DNA from: a virus
Lineage: Duplodnaviria; Caudoviricetes
IMG/VR virus record: IMGVR_UViG_3300002026_001699
Location: 1 to 64,000 of that record
DNA: 64,000 bases
Strand: one strand, 5' to 3'
Shown: piece after piece, positions 1 to 10,208 of the stretch
How the letters are laid out: each line of letters begins with the position of its first letter
How positions within the stretch are numbered: the stretch's first letter is position 1
Position numbers and translations under genes: made by a program
Notes under the pieces: generated by a model
What the model was told of the DNA's origin: nothing
The model's database searches: none
Seen by the model: only the letters and a program-made list of their open reading frames with translations

Positions 1-31
1 AGTCGCATCTTAACCTTTGGATGACTCGAGC

Positions 32-313
32 TCATTTGTTATACTTTACATTTATCCATTCATATCTATTATAAAGGTCATTGTGAACATATTCATAAGG
101 ATTGCTAAATCCAATATGCTTTTGTTGTCCTTTATCAAAACCTCCGTGGCTACCACAAGAATGAGCTTCAAGCAATTCTATCAAGGTGTTTGCCATAATA
201 GCATTCTTGGCAGCAAGTTCATATTCCTGACGTCCAGCCCATTGTCCAATTAATTGAAACTGGTGCCTAATTTCTTTCAGCACATAATCATAATTAAACT
301 CTTTCTTGTTCAT
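32..313 (-). CDS. hypothetical protein
   Basis: 93-aa ORF with GGAG RBS, on the dominant coding strand of this region. Confidence 0.6.
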   Translation of the reverse strand: MNKKEFNYDYVLKEIRHQFQLIGQWAGRQEYELAAKNAIMANTLIELLEAHSCGSHGGFDKGQQKHIGFSNPYEYVHNDLYNRYEWINVKYNK

Positions 314-348
314 ACTCCCATTATATCACACATTTACCATCTCTAAAT

Positions 349-377
349 AAAAAAAGCTCCCAATTTCTTGGGAGCTT
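349..377 (-). terminator. Rho-independent terminator-like hairpin
   Basis: aagctcccaa-tttc-ttgggagctt perfect stem, preceded on + by an A-run (T-tail on minus strand). Confidence 0.65.
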
Positions 378-570
378 GTGTTAGACAATTAAGGTTTGTC
401 AGACTACACTAAACTCCCAAACATATCTTTATCCATATCTTTAATACTAAATGAGGATATAAAATAATATGAATTGGACTTTATTTGTGTCATTTTCTTT
501 CCTTTTATGTGCAATAAACTATGCATTTATCTTAACGTTTTTTCATAAAAAGTTAAATTTTTTATGAAAA

Positions 571-1260
571 TTAAATTTTATTTAAAAAATCACCTAATTC
601 ATTATGCCAAGATGGAAGAGTCCAATTAGCATATTCTTTATTGCCATTCACCTGCTCAAGATGAGACCTCTTCATGACATCATAAGCTGTCTGTCCATTG
701 TCATTTTTATGAAAATCATAACCATTACCATATAGATAATTCATTATCTTCATACCATCTTTTCCATAAGGAACATATCCAATTATAAATATACTATTTA
801 TATTTGCTCCATTTTCAACTAAATACTTTACAGCGGCAAAATTACATGCTCTTATAGCAGCGCCAAGTGGAGTAAATTGTGAATCAAAATAACTCTTTCC
901 AGGAATATCTACTTTAGCACCTTTTTCTACAAGATATTGAATTATTTTCATATTATTCTTTTTAAGACAAGCTGAAGCAAGAATAGTTTCAAACTTTGCA
1001 GTCTTGTCTTCGCTCTTCATATTTATATCACCACCCTCTTCAATCATTAATTTGAGAACATCAAATTTACCCCATAATGCAGCGGCAGACATAGGACTAA
1101 TAAAATTCATATCTTTTAGTCTCATACGGACACCATGAAGATTTTCCCAACCAGTATATCCATGAATTAGATGACGGACAGCTTCAACATCATTTTTTTC
1201 AATAAGATCAAAAAGATCCCTCTCACTAGCAAAAATTGGAAAAGTCTTTTTCTCACTCAT
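571..1260 (-). CDS. ankyrin repeat protein
   Basis: Ankyrin-like repeats SPMSAAALWGKFDVLKLMIEEGGDIN, TILASAC...LVEKGAKVD, TPLGAAIRACNFAAVKYLVENGANIN. Confidence 0.9.
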   Translation of the reverse strand: MSEKKTFPIFASERDLFDLIEKNDVEAVRHLIHGYTGWENLHGVRMRLKDMNFISPMSAAALWGKFDVLKLMIEEGGDINMKSEDKTAKFETILASACLKKNNMKIIQYLVEKGAKVDIPGKSYFDSQFTPLGAAIRACNFAAVKYLVENGANINSIFIIGYVPYGKDGMKIMNYLYGNGYDFHKNDNGQTAYDVMKRSHLEQVNGNKEYANWTLPSWHNELGDFLNKI

Positions 1261-1288
1261 ATATTCCCCTATACAGCTATTATACCAT

Positions 1289-1317
1289 AAAAAAAGCTCC
1301 TCTAAAATAGAGGAGCT
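1289..1317 (-). terminator. Rho-independent terminator
   Basis: agctcctcta-aaa-tagaggagct stem with minus-strand T-tail, downstream of the 1326-1484 ORF. Confidence 0.75.
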
Positions 1318-1325
1318 AAACTTTT

Positions 1326-1484
1326 TTAATAATTATCTAATTCTTTTTCAAGCTTATCAATTGCTTTTTGAACAATTTCAGCCTTTTTTTCTTTAGATGG
1401 AAAATAAATACTATTTACTTCCTTGGCAACATTTAATAGAGTCATAATCTTTTCTGATTTTTCCTGTAGCGTTTTGGCTTCCAT
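1326..1484 (-). CDS. small hypothetical protein (52 aa, not in ORF track)
   Basis: MEAKTLQEKSEKIMTLLNVAKEVNSIYFPSKEKKAEIVQKAIDKLEKELDNY, with GGAGG RBS upstream. Confidence 0.65.
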   Translation of the reverse strand: MEAKTLQEKSEKIMTLLNVAKEVNSIYFPSKEKKAEIVQKAIDKLEKELDNY

Positions 1485-1535
1485 ACAGCAAGCACCTCCG
1501 TTGATTTGTTTTAGTCATATATAAATATGCTTATT

Positions 1536-1733
1536 TTAATGTATTGTTACAACTATTTTTTCATTTGATGGTGTTTTATTAAATTGTTTTTTAGCCTTTT
1601 GATATGAGTTCTTAAACTGAGCATATACTTCCCTCTCTTGAGGTGTTGACATTTTCAACTTTTTATAATCCTTGTATTGTGGAAACTTGACAATAAATGC
1701 AGCCCTCAATTCTTTACATTGCTTCCCATTCAT
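1536..1733 (-). CDS. hypothetical protein
   Basis: 65-aa ORF, ATGA overlap with the upstream gene. Confidence 0.65.
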   Translation of the reverse strand: MNGKQCKELRAAFIVKFPQYKDYKKLKMSTPQEREVYAQFKNSYQKAKKQFNKTPSNEKIVVTIH

Positions 1734-1960
1734 TTTTTTCTCCTTGTAATATAATTATTTAATAATTCTTTTGGGATGATATAACAATCATCCCATAAAA
1801 GAAGTTCTTTTGCTTGCATATCATTTAATAGTTGTTTTTTTCTTTCCATGTCAGTTTTAATAATAAATTTCTCTATATCAAATAAAACTTTTTTAATATA
1901 TAAATCAAAGTTCTTTTTAAAGTCTTTATATCCTAATAAATAAAGTATAATGTTATTCAT
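1730..1960 (-). CDS. hypothetical protein
   Basis: 76-aa ORF in a tightly coupled operon. Confidence 0.6.
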   Translation of the reverse strand: MNNIILYLLGYKDFKKNFDLYIKKVLFDIEKFIIKTDMERKKQLLNDMQAKELLLWDDCYIIPKELLNNYITRRKK

Positions 1961-2921
1961 TTTCTTTCTTTAGAATTAGTGACTTAAACATGTCATAAAA
2001 ATAACTGTTTAATTCTCCATCCTTTGTCATTTTATCCATTATTCTAAAAGCATCTGTATTAGTGTTTTCTGTTCTATATGCTCTTTTACTTGTAAGAGCA
2101 TCATATATATCTGCAATTGCTGACATCTGAACAATTGGTTCAATTTCATCACCCTTTAAATTATCAGGATAACCTGAGCCATTCATTTTTTCATGGTGAT
2201 AACGAATAATTGGCAAAGCTCCTTGCAAGTTTTTTAAATCTTTACAAATCTCAAAACCAAACTTTGGGTGTTTTTGCACTTCTAATCTTTGTTCTTCTGT
2301 AAGCCTATCTTCTGATTTTAATATACCATCTGATGTTCCAAGCTTTCCTATATCATGAAGTAAACATCCTATTTCAAGATTAGACCTTTCTTCATAATCA
2401 TCAAAACCTATTTCATCATATAACATTAAAGAATACTCAGCAACTCTCTTTGAATGACCTTCAGTATAAGAGTCTCTTGTTTCTACTGCTTTAATTAAAG
2501 CAGTTATTATTGTTTGTGCTTGTTCAAGTGATTCATAAGCATCTAATAACTCAAGGAGATTATTTACAATTGCAAGCAACTCTTTTCCATTAAAAGGTTT
2601 CCCAAGAAATATATTTACACCTTTTTGTAAAGCAGGAACTTTTATATTATTTCCTTCTCCAGAAAGCATAATAACAGGGAGATATTTCAAACCGCTTGCT
2701 TTTTCTCTTATTTTTTCTACAAATGATATTCCATTCCCATCAGGGAGATTATAGTCTATAATTATTAAATGGATATCTACATTATCTAAAACTTGTTTTG
2801 CCTTAGTCAAAGTGTCAACACTTATTAAATCCATGTTTTCATTTTCTGATAATAATCTGTTTAAAACACCAATAACTTGTGGGTCATCATCAATTAGCAA
2901 TATAGTATAACTCTTTATCAT
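1953..2921 (-). CDS. response regulator with REC + HD-GYP phosphodiesterase domain (RpfG-like)
   Basis: REC: ILLIDDDP, IIIDYNLPDGNG, PVIMLSG, FLGKPF; HD-GYP: TEGHSKRV, LLHDIGK, HPKFG, HHEKMNGSGYP, ADIYDALTSKRAYR. Confidence 0.92.
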   Translation of the reverse strand: MIKSYTILLIDDDPQVIGVLNRLLSENENMDLISVDTLTKAKQVLDNVDIHLIIIDYNLPDGNGISFVEKIREKASGLKYLPVIMLSGEGNNIKVPALQKGVNIFLGKPFNGKELLAIVNNLLELLDAYESLEQAQTIITALIKAVETRDSYTEGHSKRVAEYSLMLYDEIGFDDYEERSNLEIGCLLHDIGKLGTSDGILKSEDRLTEEQRLEVQKHPKFGFEICKDLKNLQGALPIIRYHHEKMNGSGYPDNLKGDEIEPIVQMSAIADIYDALTSKRAYRTENTNTDAFRIMDKMTKDGELNSYFYDMFKSLILKKENE

Positions 2922-3301
2922 ATTAGTATTTTATATCCTGGCGGATTATTTTCTATAATCCATCTTTTATTTTTATAAGAATACATTTGACCTTCAACGT
3001 CAAACACAAAATCTATTTTAAACTTGCAATCTTGTATATATTTAGCATCAACCATTTTTTCAAAATTACTTTTCTTTATTTCTATCAACAAAGATAAACC
3101 ATCTTTATCATAATACTCTTTTTCAAGAATATCACCATATAAATAAATATCCTCAACGTCATACTCATCAAACATATCCATCTTTATCTTTGTAAAAACA
3201 CTCTCAAAAGACATAAAAATATCTTTTCTTTTATTATTATTTAATAACTCTTGAATAGAAGAATAATACTTTTTTTTAGAAGTTGCCTCATCAAAGTTCA
3301 T
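2918..3301 (-). CDS. hypothetical protein, weak resemblance to minimal nucleotidyltransferase fold
   Basis: DIYLYGD... segment recalls MNT domains, but the GS/DxD motif is degenerate. Confidence 0.4.
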   Translation of the reverse strand: MNFDEATSKKKYYSSIQELLNNNKRKDIFMSFESVFTKIKMDMFDEYDVEDIYLYGDILEKEYYDKDGLSLLIEIKKSNFEKMVDAKYIQDCKFKIDFVFDVEGQMYSYKNKRWIIENNPPGYKILI

Positions 3302-3752
3302 TTTTGTTCTCCTTTAAAACTGGTATAGATAGTGAAAAGAAAAACAAATTAACAAATGATGAATACATTAACGCCATAGCAAATTGTTTTAAAATAAATT
3401 TTATAGATAAAATACTCTCTCCAAAACCATCTAATATAAATAAAAAGTTAATACTTAAAAATGATATCCATAATAAAAACATCAAAGTTACTATTAAATA
3501 AATTAACCCTTTTATAAAGTTTAATACATTATCATGGAGTATAAATATATGTATTTTAGATATCAAATAAAGTATTGATATAGTTATAAATCCAAAAACA
3601 ACGCCTACTATAGGATATAAAACTCCTAATAGTCCAATATCAATTCCAAATATCTGATTGAAGTCAAAAGAAACCTGTATTGCAAATACTACAAAAGCTA
3701 TAATTAAAATTGTATAAGAAAGAGTTCTATAAAAAAAAGATTTATTGCTCAT
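3291..3752 (-). CDS. membrane protein (about 4 TM helices)
   Basis: Four long hydrophobic stretches. Confidence 0.7.
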   Translation of the reverse strand: MSNKSFFYRTLSYTILIIAFVVFAIQVSFDFNQIFGIDIGLLGVLYPIVGVVFGFITISILYLISKIHIFILHDNVLNFIKGLIYLIVTLMFLLWISFLSINFLFILDGFGESILSIKFILKQFAMALMYSSFVNLFFFSLSIPVLKENKNEL

Positions 3753-4537
3753 ATTATGTCATCTCCAAAAAGTTCTTTAGCAAAAGTATATACAGAAGAT
3801 TTGATTTTTACTAGAGATTGTATTGTGTGTAATTCTTGCATTTCTATTATCTCCTCCTGTATATCTTTATCTAAATTGTAATAAGCTTTAATAAAACTTT
3901 TAGAAATTGAATAATAAAATGGAGAAATCATTTCTTGAATAGTGCATAATACACCATCTGATATATATTGACCTTTTTTAGGAGTATTAAACCACTCCCA
4001 TACAGAATCATCTTCTATTCTATTTCTCATAAATTTATATGTATTTGCTAAATCTTGCATCATCTTTTTTTCAGTTGATACTGTTTTTGTCATCTTTAGT
4101 TTAACACGATAATCTTTATATTGTTGCATGATTTTTTTAGTTCTAAGTTGTGTTGGGAAGATTTTATCATCTTTTCCAAGATTACGAAATACAGAATCCA
4201 TAAAATTATTAATGTCAAAATTCTCATCATCCAAATACAATTCCCAACACTCTTTAAAATACTTCCAATTATCAGCTTGTCTAATTAAATCTGCTGGCTT
4301 CATATCATCTTCATCAGGAATTGTTTTTACATAAATAGATGGAAGCCACTTATTTTTTACACCTCTTTTATTTGTGTGTTTCTGGAAGGCTTCATATAGT
4401 TTATATATTTGTTTTTCATCCATAGACATATCAGCCCATATTTTTGGATTAAAAACATGTTCTTTTTGTGGAGCATCTTTTTTATGATTTTTCTTGTTTT
4501 CAATTTTTTCAAATAAAGTCATTTTTTCTCCAGTCAT
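3749..4537 (-). CDS. hypothetical protein, possibly gp59-like helicase loader
   Basis: IYKLYEAFQKHTN recalls the gp59 N-terminal helix, and the gene lies near the gp32-like gene; weak. Confidence 0.3.
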   Translation of the reverse strand: MTGEKMTLFEKIENKKNHKKDAPQKEHVFNPKIWADMSMDEKQIYKLYEAFQKHTNKRGVKNKWLPSIYVKTIPDEDDMKPADLIRQADNWKYFKECWELYLDDENFDINNFMDSVFRNLGKDDKIFPTQLRTKKIMQQYKDYRVKLKMTKTVSTEKKMMQDLANTYKFMRNRIEDDSVWEWFNTPKKGQYISDGVLCTIQEMISPFYYSISKSFIKAYYNLDKDIQEEIIEMQELHTIQSLVKIKSSVYTFAKELFGDDII

Positions 4538-4817
4538 TAGTTATACTATTTTTATTTAACAAGCTTTCACATGTTATATTATCTTTCCATTTACTACAAA
4601 TACACTCTTGTTTCTGAAATTCAATAATTTCTTCTTTAGAAATTGATTTTAAATGTCTTAAACAATCAACCTTCTTCATACTTTTTGGAACTGTTCCATA
4701 ATAACAAGTATCACAACTATAATTTAAAAGTAAACATTTAAATTTTTCTTTATAATTTAGTCTTATACTTTCTAAGTACTTCATATAATACTTTTCTCCA
4801 ATGTTGACCGTTTTCAT
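4509..4817 (-). CDS. small Cys-rich hypothetical protein
   Basis: LLLNYSCDTCYY...C...CICSKW. Confidence 0.6.
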   Translation of the reverse strand: MKTVNIGEKYYMKYLESIRLNYKEKFKCLLLNYSCDTCYYGTVPKSMKKVDCLRHLKSISKEEIIEFQKQECICSKWKDNITCESLLNKNSITNDWRKNDFI

Positions 4818-5247
4818 ATTTAAATTTCATGGAGCCCTTAATAAAATTAAAATCACCATATACATCATCATTATCATCTAAATTATCTAACAACAAAGAT
4901 TTAGTAATACCTACATCATCAAATGTCCAATCTTTATCCCACACACATGTTTTTAAATTAAATCTTTCAACTCTATCCTCATTTATAATATATCTATCAA
5001 AAGATGTTCCAAACATTGATGTTAATTGTATTGGTATAGGGCCTGAAAATAATCCTGAATGTTCTCCATCTTCAGGGTCAAAATCTATCTGACAATCATA
5101 ACACCAAATATGATTTTTAAATTCTGACCATTGAAGATTTACACCATTGCATTTTACACAACTACACTCAAATGCTTGTGGTGGAAGGATGTAATGCCAC
5201 TCTCTCTTTTCCATATTTCTCCATAAAATAATTAAAGAAATCTCCAA
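4750..5247 (-). CDS. putative Zn-ribbon protein
   Basis: CSCVKC...WCYDC; true start probably at MEKREW. Confidence 0.6.
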   Translation of the reverse strand: MEISLIILWRNMEKREWHYILPPQAFECSCVKCNGVNLQWSEFKNHIWCYDCQIDFDPEDGEHSGLFSGPIPIQLTSMFGTSFDRYIINEDRVERFNLKTCVWDKDWTFDDVGITKSLLLDNLDDNDDVYGDFNFIKGSMKFKYENGQHWRKVLYEVLRKYKTKL

Positions 5248-5590
5248 GAATAGAATTATTATCTAATGATATTAATTTAAAATCATCAAAAGATAATAAA
5301 AACTTTGTAAAATCATGTTTATCCATTTTTTTATATACATCATTTTTAATCATTAAATGAAAATCACCACTAAAAACATGGTCCATTTTTCTTGACAAGA
5401 TGTTATTATTCACTACTTTATTTAAAATATATTCATCAGTTGTAATTAGATCATCTTCATATGGAGCCACTCCAAGATTATTTAACACTTCTAATTGTTC
5501 TTTTTTATAAGAGTGTGATGTTATTTCTTTTAAATAACAAATAGATAGATAATTTTTACCTGTTCTAATATATACATCATCAACTTTCAT
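5168..5590 (-). CDS. hypothetical protein
   Basis: 140-aa ORF following a terminator and a GCATA motif. Confidence 0.6.
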   Translation of the reverse strand: MKVDDVYIRTGKNYLSICYLKEITSHSYKKEQLEVLNNLGVAPYEDDLITTDEYILNKVVNNNILSRKMDHVFSGDFHLMIKNDVYKKMDKHDFTKFLLSFDDFKLISLDNNSILGDFFNYFMEKYGKERVALHPSTTSI

Positions 5591-5606
5591 ATTGTTATAT
5601 ATGCAT

Positions 5607-5634
5607 AAAAAAGCCCCCTCTAAAAGAGGAGGCT
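5607..5634 (-). terminator. Rho-independent terminator
   Basis: agccccctc-taaaa-gaggaggct stem with T-tail on minus strand, downstream of the SSB gene. Confidence 0.7.
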
Positions 5635-5654
5635 GTTTGTTATGCTATAACAAC

Positions 5655-6494
5655 TTAATCAGCACCTAAATCTTTAAGAAGCTGATTCTTGAAGTCAGAG
5701 ATATCATCTTCATCAACCTCTTCCTCTTCTTCTGGCTCTTGTGATTTAGCAGGTTTTGAAGATTTGCCCTTTGGAGCATCTTCTTTTTCTTTGCTTGACA
5801 TATCAAAATCTTTTTCATTATGCATAAAACTCTTGAGAGTCTTGTCCAACTCTTCATAAGATTTATACTCAATCTGTTTGTCAAGATCTTTTACATTATC
5901 AAGAATCTCATCAATAATGTCAGTGTCATCATGGAGAGGAGTTGCCTTGTTTCTAGGACGTGAATTATCATAATTAGGGAAACCTTGTGCTCCCTGCTCT
6001 TTATTAATTACGAAATCAAAACCCTCTTCAACATCAGTCAAATCACCATAATCTGCATCAAAGAAATAATCCATAAGTTTATCAAAAAGCTTTTTACCTG
6101 ACATATAAACTTGAATCTTTGTTGGATCTTCTGCAGCAACGCCTGCTTCATCTTTTACAATGATGTTATAAAGGTACTGCTTTCTTGGTTTAATTTCTCT
6201 TGCCAATTCTTTGGCTGCATCAGTATTAACATCCCATAGCTTTTTGTATGTTTCACAAATTGGGCAAGGATCACCATCCACCTTTGGACAGAAGAAATAA
6301 TTATCTCCTACCTTGTGCTGAGCAGCTTCTTTATAAAAGAAGCCATCTGGTTTTTGTGCAGGAAGAAAACGAACAGTATATTTTCCATACTTTTGAGGTT
6401 TCCAATATCTAAATCCTCCACCGCCATTCTTGTTGTCTTCCATTGCTTGTTTCAATGCTGCCAAGTTTGTGCTTCTAACGTACTTTTTTGCCAT
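5655..6494 (-). CDS. gp32: single-stranded DNA-binding protein, T4 gp32-like
   Basis: YTVRFLPA, Zn site CPKVDGDPCPIC, RKQYLYNIIV, GFDFVINK, FPNYDNS and an acidic C-terminal tail. Confidence 0.88.
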   Translation of the reverse strand: MAKKYVRSTNLAALKQAMEDNKNGGGGFRYWKPQKYGKYTVRFLPAQKPDGFFYKEAAQHKVGDNYFFCPKVDGDPCPICETYKKLWDVNTDAAKELAREIKPRKQYLYNIIVKDEAGVAAEDPTKIQVYMSGKKLFDKLMDYFFDADYGDLTDVEEGFDFVINKEQGAQGFPNYDNSRPRNKATPLHDDTDIIDEILDNVKDLDKQIEYKSYEELDKTLKSFMHNEKDFDMSSKEKEDAPKGKSSKPAKSQEPEEEEEVDEDDISDFKNQLLKDLGAD

Positions 6495-6583
6495 AATGTA
6501 AATCCCCTTTTTTCTAATAAATGTTTCTATTTTTAATGTACAACGTACTTTAATAGATACTATATATATGCTTTATAAACATA

Positions 6584-6928
6584 TTATTTTCCACCTGGAC
6601 CGTACCATTCTCCATTTTCTACTAAAAGTCCCATTAGTGCATAAACAGCAGCGTCTTCCCATGCCTTTTCAATCTCTTCAGAAGAACATTGTTCAGGAAT
6701 TGAAGGATGATAGTGATCTCTTAATTTACCTCTCTTTTTATCAAATTGAATAACAACACCAATTGGTCCATATTCTGTATAAGGTTCCAATCCCTTTGCA
6801 GTATGATTTTCATCAAATGTTTTAATTGCTTTGAGAGCTGCCATAATAAACTTTTTTGACATTTCTTCTTTAAGAGCAAGTTGCTGAAATATAACTTCAG
6901 ATAACTGTTCTAATTTCTTTAAATCCAT
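6584..6928 (-). CDS. DUF1599-like (nucleotide-modification-associated) small protein
   Basis: YGPIGVVIQFDKKRGKL...WEDAAVYALMGL resembles the G..G...RI.DK..RL...DLANYA pattern. Confidence 0.5.
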   Translation of the reverse strand: MDLKKLEQLSEVIFQQLALKEEMSKKFIMAALKAIKTFDENHTAKGLEPYTEYGPIGVVIQFDKKRGKLRDHYHPSIPEQCSSEEIEKAWEDAAVYALMGLLVENGEWYGPGGK

Positions 6929-6974
6929 TACTTTTTACCTCCTTTTTTACAAGATAACTTATACTATATATGCT

Positions 6975-8546
6975 TTGTTTGGAGAATATACAATGAAAAT
7001 AAAAGAATTAAATAAAAATATTGTCAAAGAAGGAATAGGTTCATCTATTGCTAGTGCCGGTGGTAGTTTTCAAAGAGGTACTCAGGGTATAGGAAATTCC
7101 ATTAAAAACTGGAATTCTGGTTATAAAAATCAGGCTCCAATAGAACAAGCAGTTACAGATGCACATTCTAAAACATTAGAATCAGATACAAAATATGCAT
7201 CTCTTGAAGCAATCATAACTTCTATGAAAAAGACAATTGATTTATTTAATAAATATGTAGAAACAGAAAATATAAGTAAACTTAATAGTGCACAAAATGC
7301 GATAAGTAGTCAATTTGAACTTTATAAAACAACATATGAAAAAATTTTTAGAACAGGTGTTACAGACAATACTGTAGCGACTGATCCAAAAGCAGAATCT
7401 ATCCTTACTTTTATAGATAATTTATTATCAGAAGAAACGGATATGAAATCTAGGTTTGAAAGATATTATAATTTTTTTTATGAAATGAACACAAAAACTA
7501 AATCTTTTAGACCAGGTGTCAGCGCTGATATCACTGCCTTTAAAAAACTATATAGTAAATTACAAAATAAAAATACAACTGAAGATGATGCAGTTGAAGA
7601 TGATGCGACTACAGTAACTAAAACTAATTATAATGTTGAAGATTTTGAAAGATTACCACAACAACATCGAGTAGAAATAATAGAAGCTTTAGCTGCATTA
7701 GATGCTGCAGTTCCAAAGAACGGAAGAGATGATTCTGAATACAATGTTGGTAAAGAAGATTTTAATAGAGCAAAAGATAAATATGGAAAAATGGGAATCA
7801 CACTTACTATAATGGGCAGATTTGTAGAACAATATCCTGAGAATGGGTTAAAAGAGTATAATAATATAAAAAATTATTATGAGTCTATTCAATCTGGTAA
7901 TACATCTAATACTGGCTTTGCAGAAATACCGGATGATACACCAAAAACAACAACTAATAAAACGTTAAAAAAATCAGAACTTGAAGGTATTATTAATGAT
8001 TTTAAAAATGACAACGTTAATTCTACTCCATTTGTACAAGCATTATCTGCACTTTTAAAAGCTAGTGGTATTATAATAGGTGAATCATTATATGAAAGTG
8101 AAAGTACAGATTTAAATATAAAAAAGATGATAAGTATTGCTGGTGAAGATATGACTAAAAAAGTTTTAACTACACTAGCTGCTGAACTTCCATCCTTAAA
8201 AAAAGATCCAGCAATACAAAAACAAATAAATAGTAAAGAGATAGAGGTTAAATCATCTAAACCTAAAGCATATGCTAAATTATTATACTCAGTTTTAGTT
8301 AAAAGCAATCAAGAAAAAAGAGTAAAATATATAAATAGATTAAATAGCATATTATTTCAAAATACATTAAAGTTAAATGGACAAGCAATAGAATTTGAAG
8401 ATCTATTACAAATAATAAAATATATATCTAATCCAACTGCTATGTCAGTATCAGAATCTATAAATGTTTTGTTATATGATTTTTTAGATAGAGAGAATAT
8501 TTTTAATCAAGCTTTAGAGCTTGGTAAAGAAATGTTTTTAATATAA
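6975..8546 (+). CDS. large hypothetical protein, probable virion-internal protein
   Basis: 523-aa ORF; N-terminus MKIKELNKNIVKE resembles other leader-bearing proteins here. Confidence 0.6.
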   Translation: MFGEYTMKIKELNKNIVKEGIGSSIASAGGSFQRGTQGIGNSIKNWNSGYKNQAPIEQAVTDAHSKTLESDTKYASLEAIITSMKKTIDLFNKYVETENISKLNSAQNAISSQFELYKTTYEKIFRTGVTDNTVATDPKAESILTFIDNLLSEETDMKSRFERYYNFFYEMNTKTKSFRPGVSADITAFKKLYSKLQNKNTTEDDAVEDDATTVTKTNYNVEDFERLPQQHRVEIIEALAALDAAVPKNGRDDSEYNVGKEDFNRAKDKYGKMGITLTIMGRFVEQYPENGLKEYNNIKNYYESIQSGNTSNTGFAEIPDDTPKTTTNKTLKKSELEGIINDFKNDNVNSTPFVQALSALLKASGIIIGESLYESESTDLNIKKMISIAGEDMTKKVLTTLAAELPSLKKDPAIQKQINSKEIEVKSSKPKAYAKLLYSVLVKSNQEKRVKYINRLNSILFQNTLKLNGQAIEFEDLLQIIKYISNPTAMSVSESINVLLYDFLDRENIFNQALELGKEMFLI

Positions 8547-8556
8547 AGGAAAAACA

Positions 8557-9237
8557 ATGAATTTATTTGAAAAAATTATCCAAGAAATGGCTGAATATAA
8601 AGCAGATGATGAATACATAAAACACTCAGATGAATTAGTTGCTAAACAATTAGCAACTAAAAAATATGCTAATGAATATGAAGTTTTAAAATCATCAAGA
8701 AAACATCTTAAATTAGATTATAAAACTAAAAAAACACTAGAGAAATCAATATCAGAATTAAAGATAAAAGATCAAATTGATGTTTATAAGACAATAAATG
8801 AATTACTTAAAGTTCATAATAAACAAATGTTTAAGGCTTTAGGTTCTTTATTAGCTGAATATATAAAAGAATATGAATCAAAAAATAAAAATTATGATGA
8901 AGAGTTATATCTTGAATTAAGAGATTCAGAACTTTTAAGTATAGAATCAAAAAAAGAACTCGATGCAGCTCAAGAAGTAATAATAAGTAGATCACAAAAA
9001 GTAAAATCAAAATTATCTGATGATGATGTAAAAACATTATTTCAACAAAAACTTTATAAACTTTTATTTGCTGATCAACAAGGAACATTAGACGGCAAAG
9101 TTAGATTAGGCATTATTTTCAAAAAATATCTTGACAAATCAACATCAAGAATGACATTAATTGATAAATATTTATTACATCGTTTAATTGATCTTATTTA
9201 TAGCGGACTCACAGAAGAAGAAATAGAAGAAGAATGA
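8557..9237 (+). CDS. hypothetical protein, probable virion-internal protein
   Basis: MNLFEKIIQE leader; Lys/Glu-rich and helical. Confidence 0.6.
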   Translation: MNLFEKIIQEMAEYKADDEYIKHSDELVAKQLATKKYANEYEVLKSSRKHLKLDYKTKKTLEKSISELKIKDQIDVYKTINELLKVHNKQMFKALGSLLAEYIKEYESKNKNYDEELYLELRDSELLSIESKKELDAAQEVIISRSQKVKSKLSDDDVKTLFQQKLYKLLFADQQGTLDGKVRLGIIFKKYLDKSTSRMTLIDKYLLHRLIDLIYSGLTEEEIEEE

Positions 9238-9932
9238 AAATAAATAATGTATTATCTGAAAAAGTTTTATATGATGATAAATTAAAATCTATATTATATT
9301 CTCTAAAAACAAAATTATTAAATGATAATATTTCTGAAAAAATAAAAACTGAAATAAACTTTAATTGGCAAAAAACAAATGAAATAAGATCAATAACACT
9401 TGTAACAATTATTGAAAATGTAATATCAAAATATATTGATAATATTAGCATAACAGTAAATAATCATATTTCTGAATTTGGATATTTTAAAGATCTTGAT
9501 AATAGTTATGAACTAGGTTTAAACATTTTAGCTTTAGCAAAAGAATCAGGAGTATTAAAATCCTTGAAATTAAAAGATAAAATTAGTTATATAGATGATT
9601 TTTTAATACAATGTATTGATGCAGTTTTACACGAAATGGTTCATTATCTTCAATCTAAAACAAGACCTAAATTAGTGAAAGTATATTCTAAAAATGATTA
9701 CTTTAATGATAAAGATGAACTTATGTCTTTTGCCGCAGAGATAACAAGTAATTTAAAAAGTCAAGGTTATACAAAAAAACAAGCCATGGATATAATTCAA
9801 AAAGGTGAAGATGAAGAAGGATTTAAATCAAGTAAGATTTTAAATTTATACAAGAAAATGCCTAAAGTTAAAAATTGGAAAACATTCATGAAATATATTT
9901 ATGGATATTTAGAAAAATGGGATGATTTATGA
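9234..9932 (+). CDS. putative zinc metallopeptidase
   Basis: AVLHEMVHYLQ (HExxH) followed by YFNDKDELMSFA. Confidence 0.65.
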   Translation: MKINNVLSEKVLYDDKLKSILYSLKTKLLNDNISEKIKTEINFNWQKTNEIRSITLVTIIENVISKYIDNISITVNNHISEFGYFKDLDNSYELGLNILALAKESGVLKSLKLKDKISYIDDFLIQCIDAVLHEMVHYLQSKTRPKLVKVYSKNDYFNDKDELMSFAAEITSNLKSQGYTKKQAMDIIQKGEDEEGFKSSKILNLYKKMPKVKNWKTFMKYIYGYLEKWDDL

Positions 9933-10204
9933 GATGGGAAAAAACATTAGCAACAACCGCTACATAGAAACCATATTTAGGAAATAATATTATTAAAATA
10001 AGTTTTAGTAGATCTACAAGACCAAATAGTTCTTGGGTATTAATTGTAAATGCATGGAATATTCCAAGTTATACTTTTAAGATATATGAAAGATTTAATG
10101 AAAAGAAATTTTTAGAAACAGCTGGAAAAATAATAATAACACACAATGCCGCAAAGCATTGTGTGTTTAATAGGATATTTAATACCCCTTCTAGTAATCT
10201 ATAA
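9929..10204 (+). pseudogene. small ORF interrupted by an in-frame TAG (9965-9967)
   Basis: ATGA-coupled start, MRWEKTLATTAT*KPYLGNN...NTPSSNL*; the frame stays open for 78 codons after the TAG. Confidence 0.55.
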
Positions 10205-10208
10205 AATA

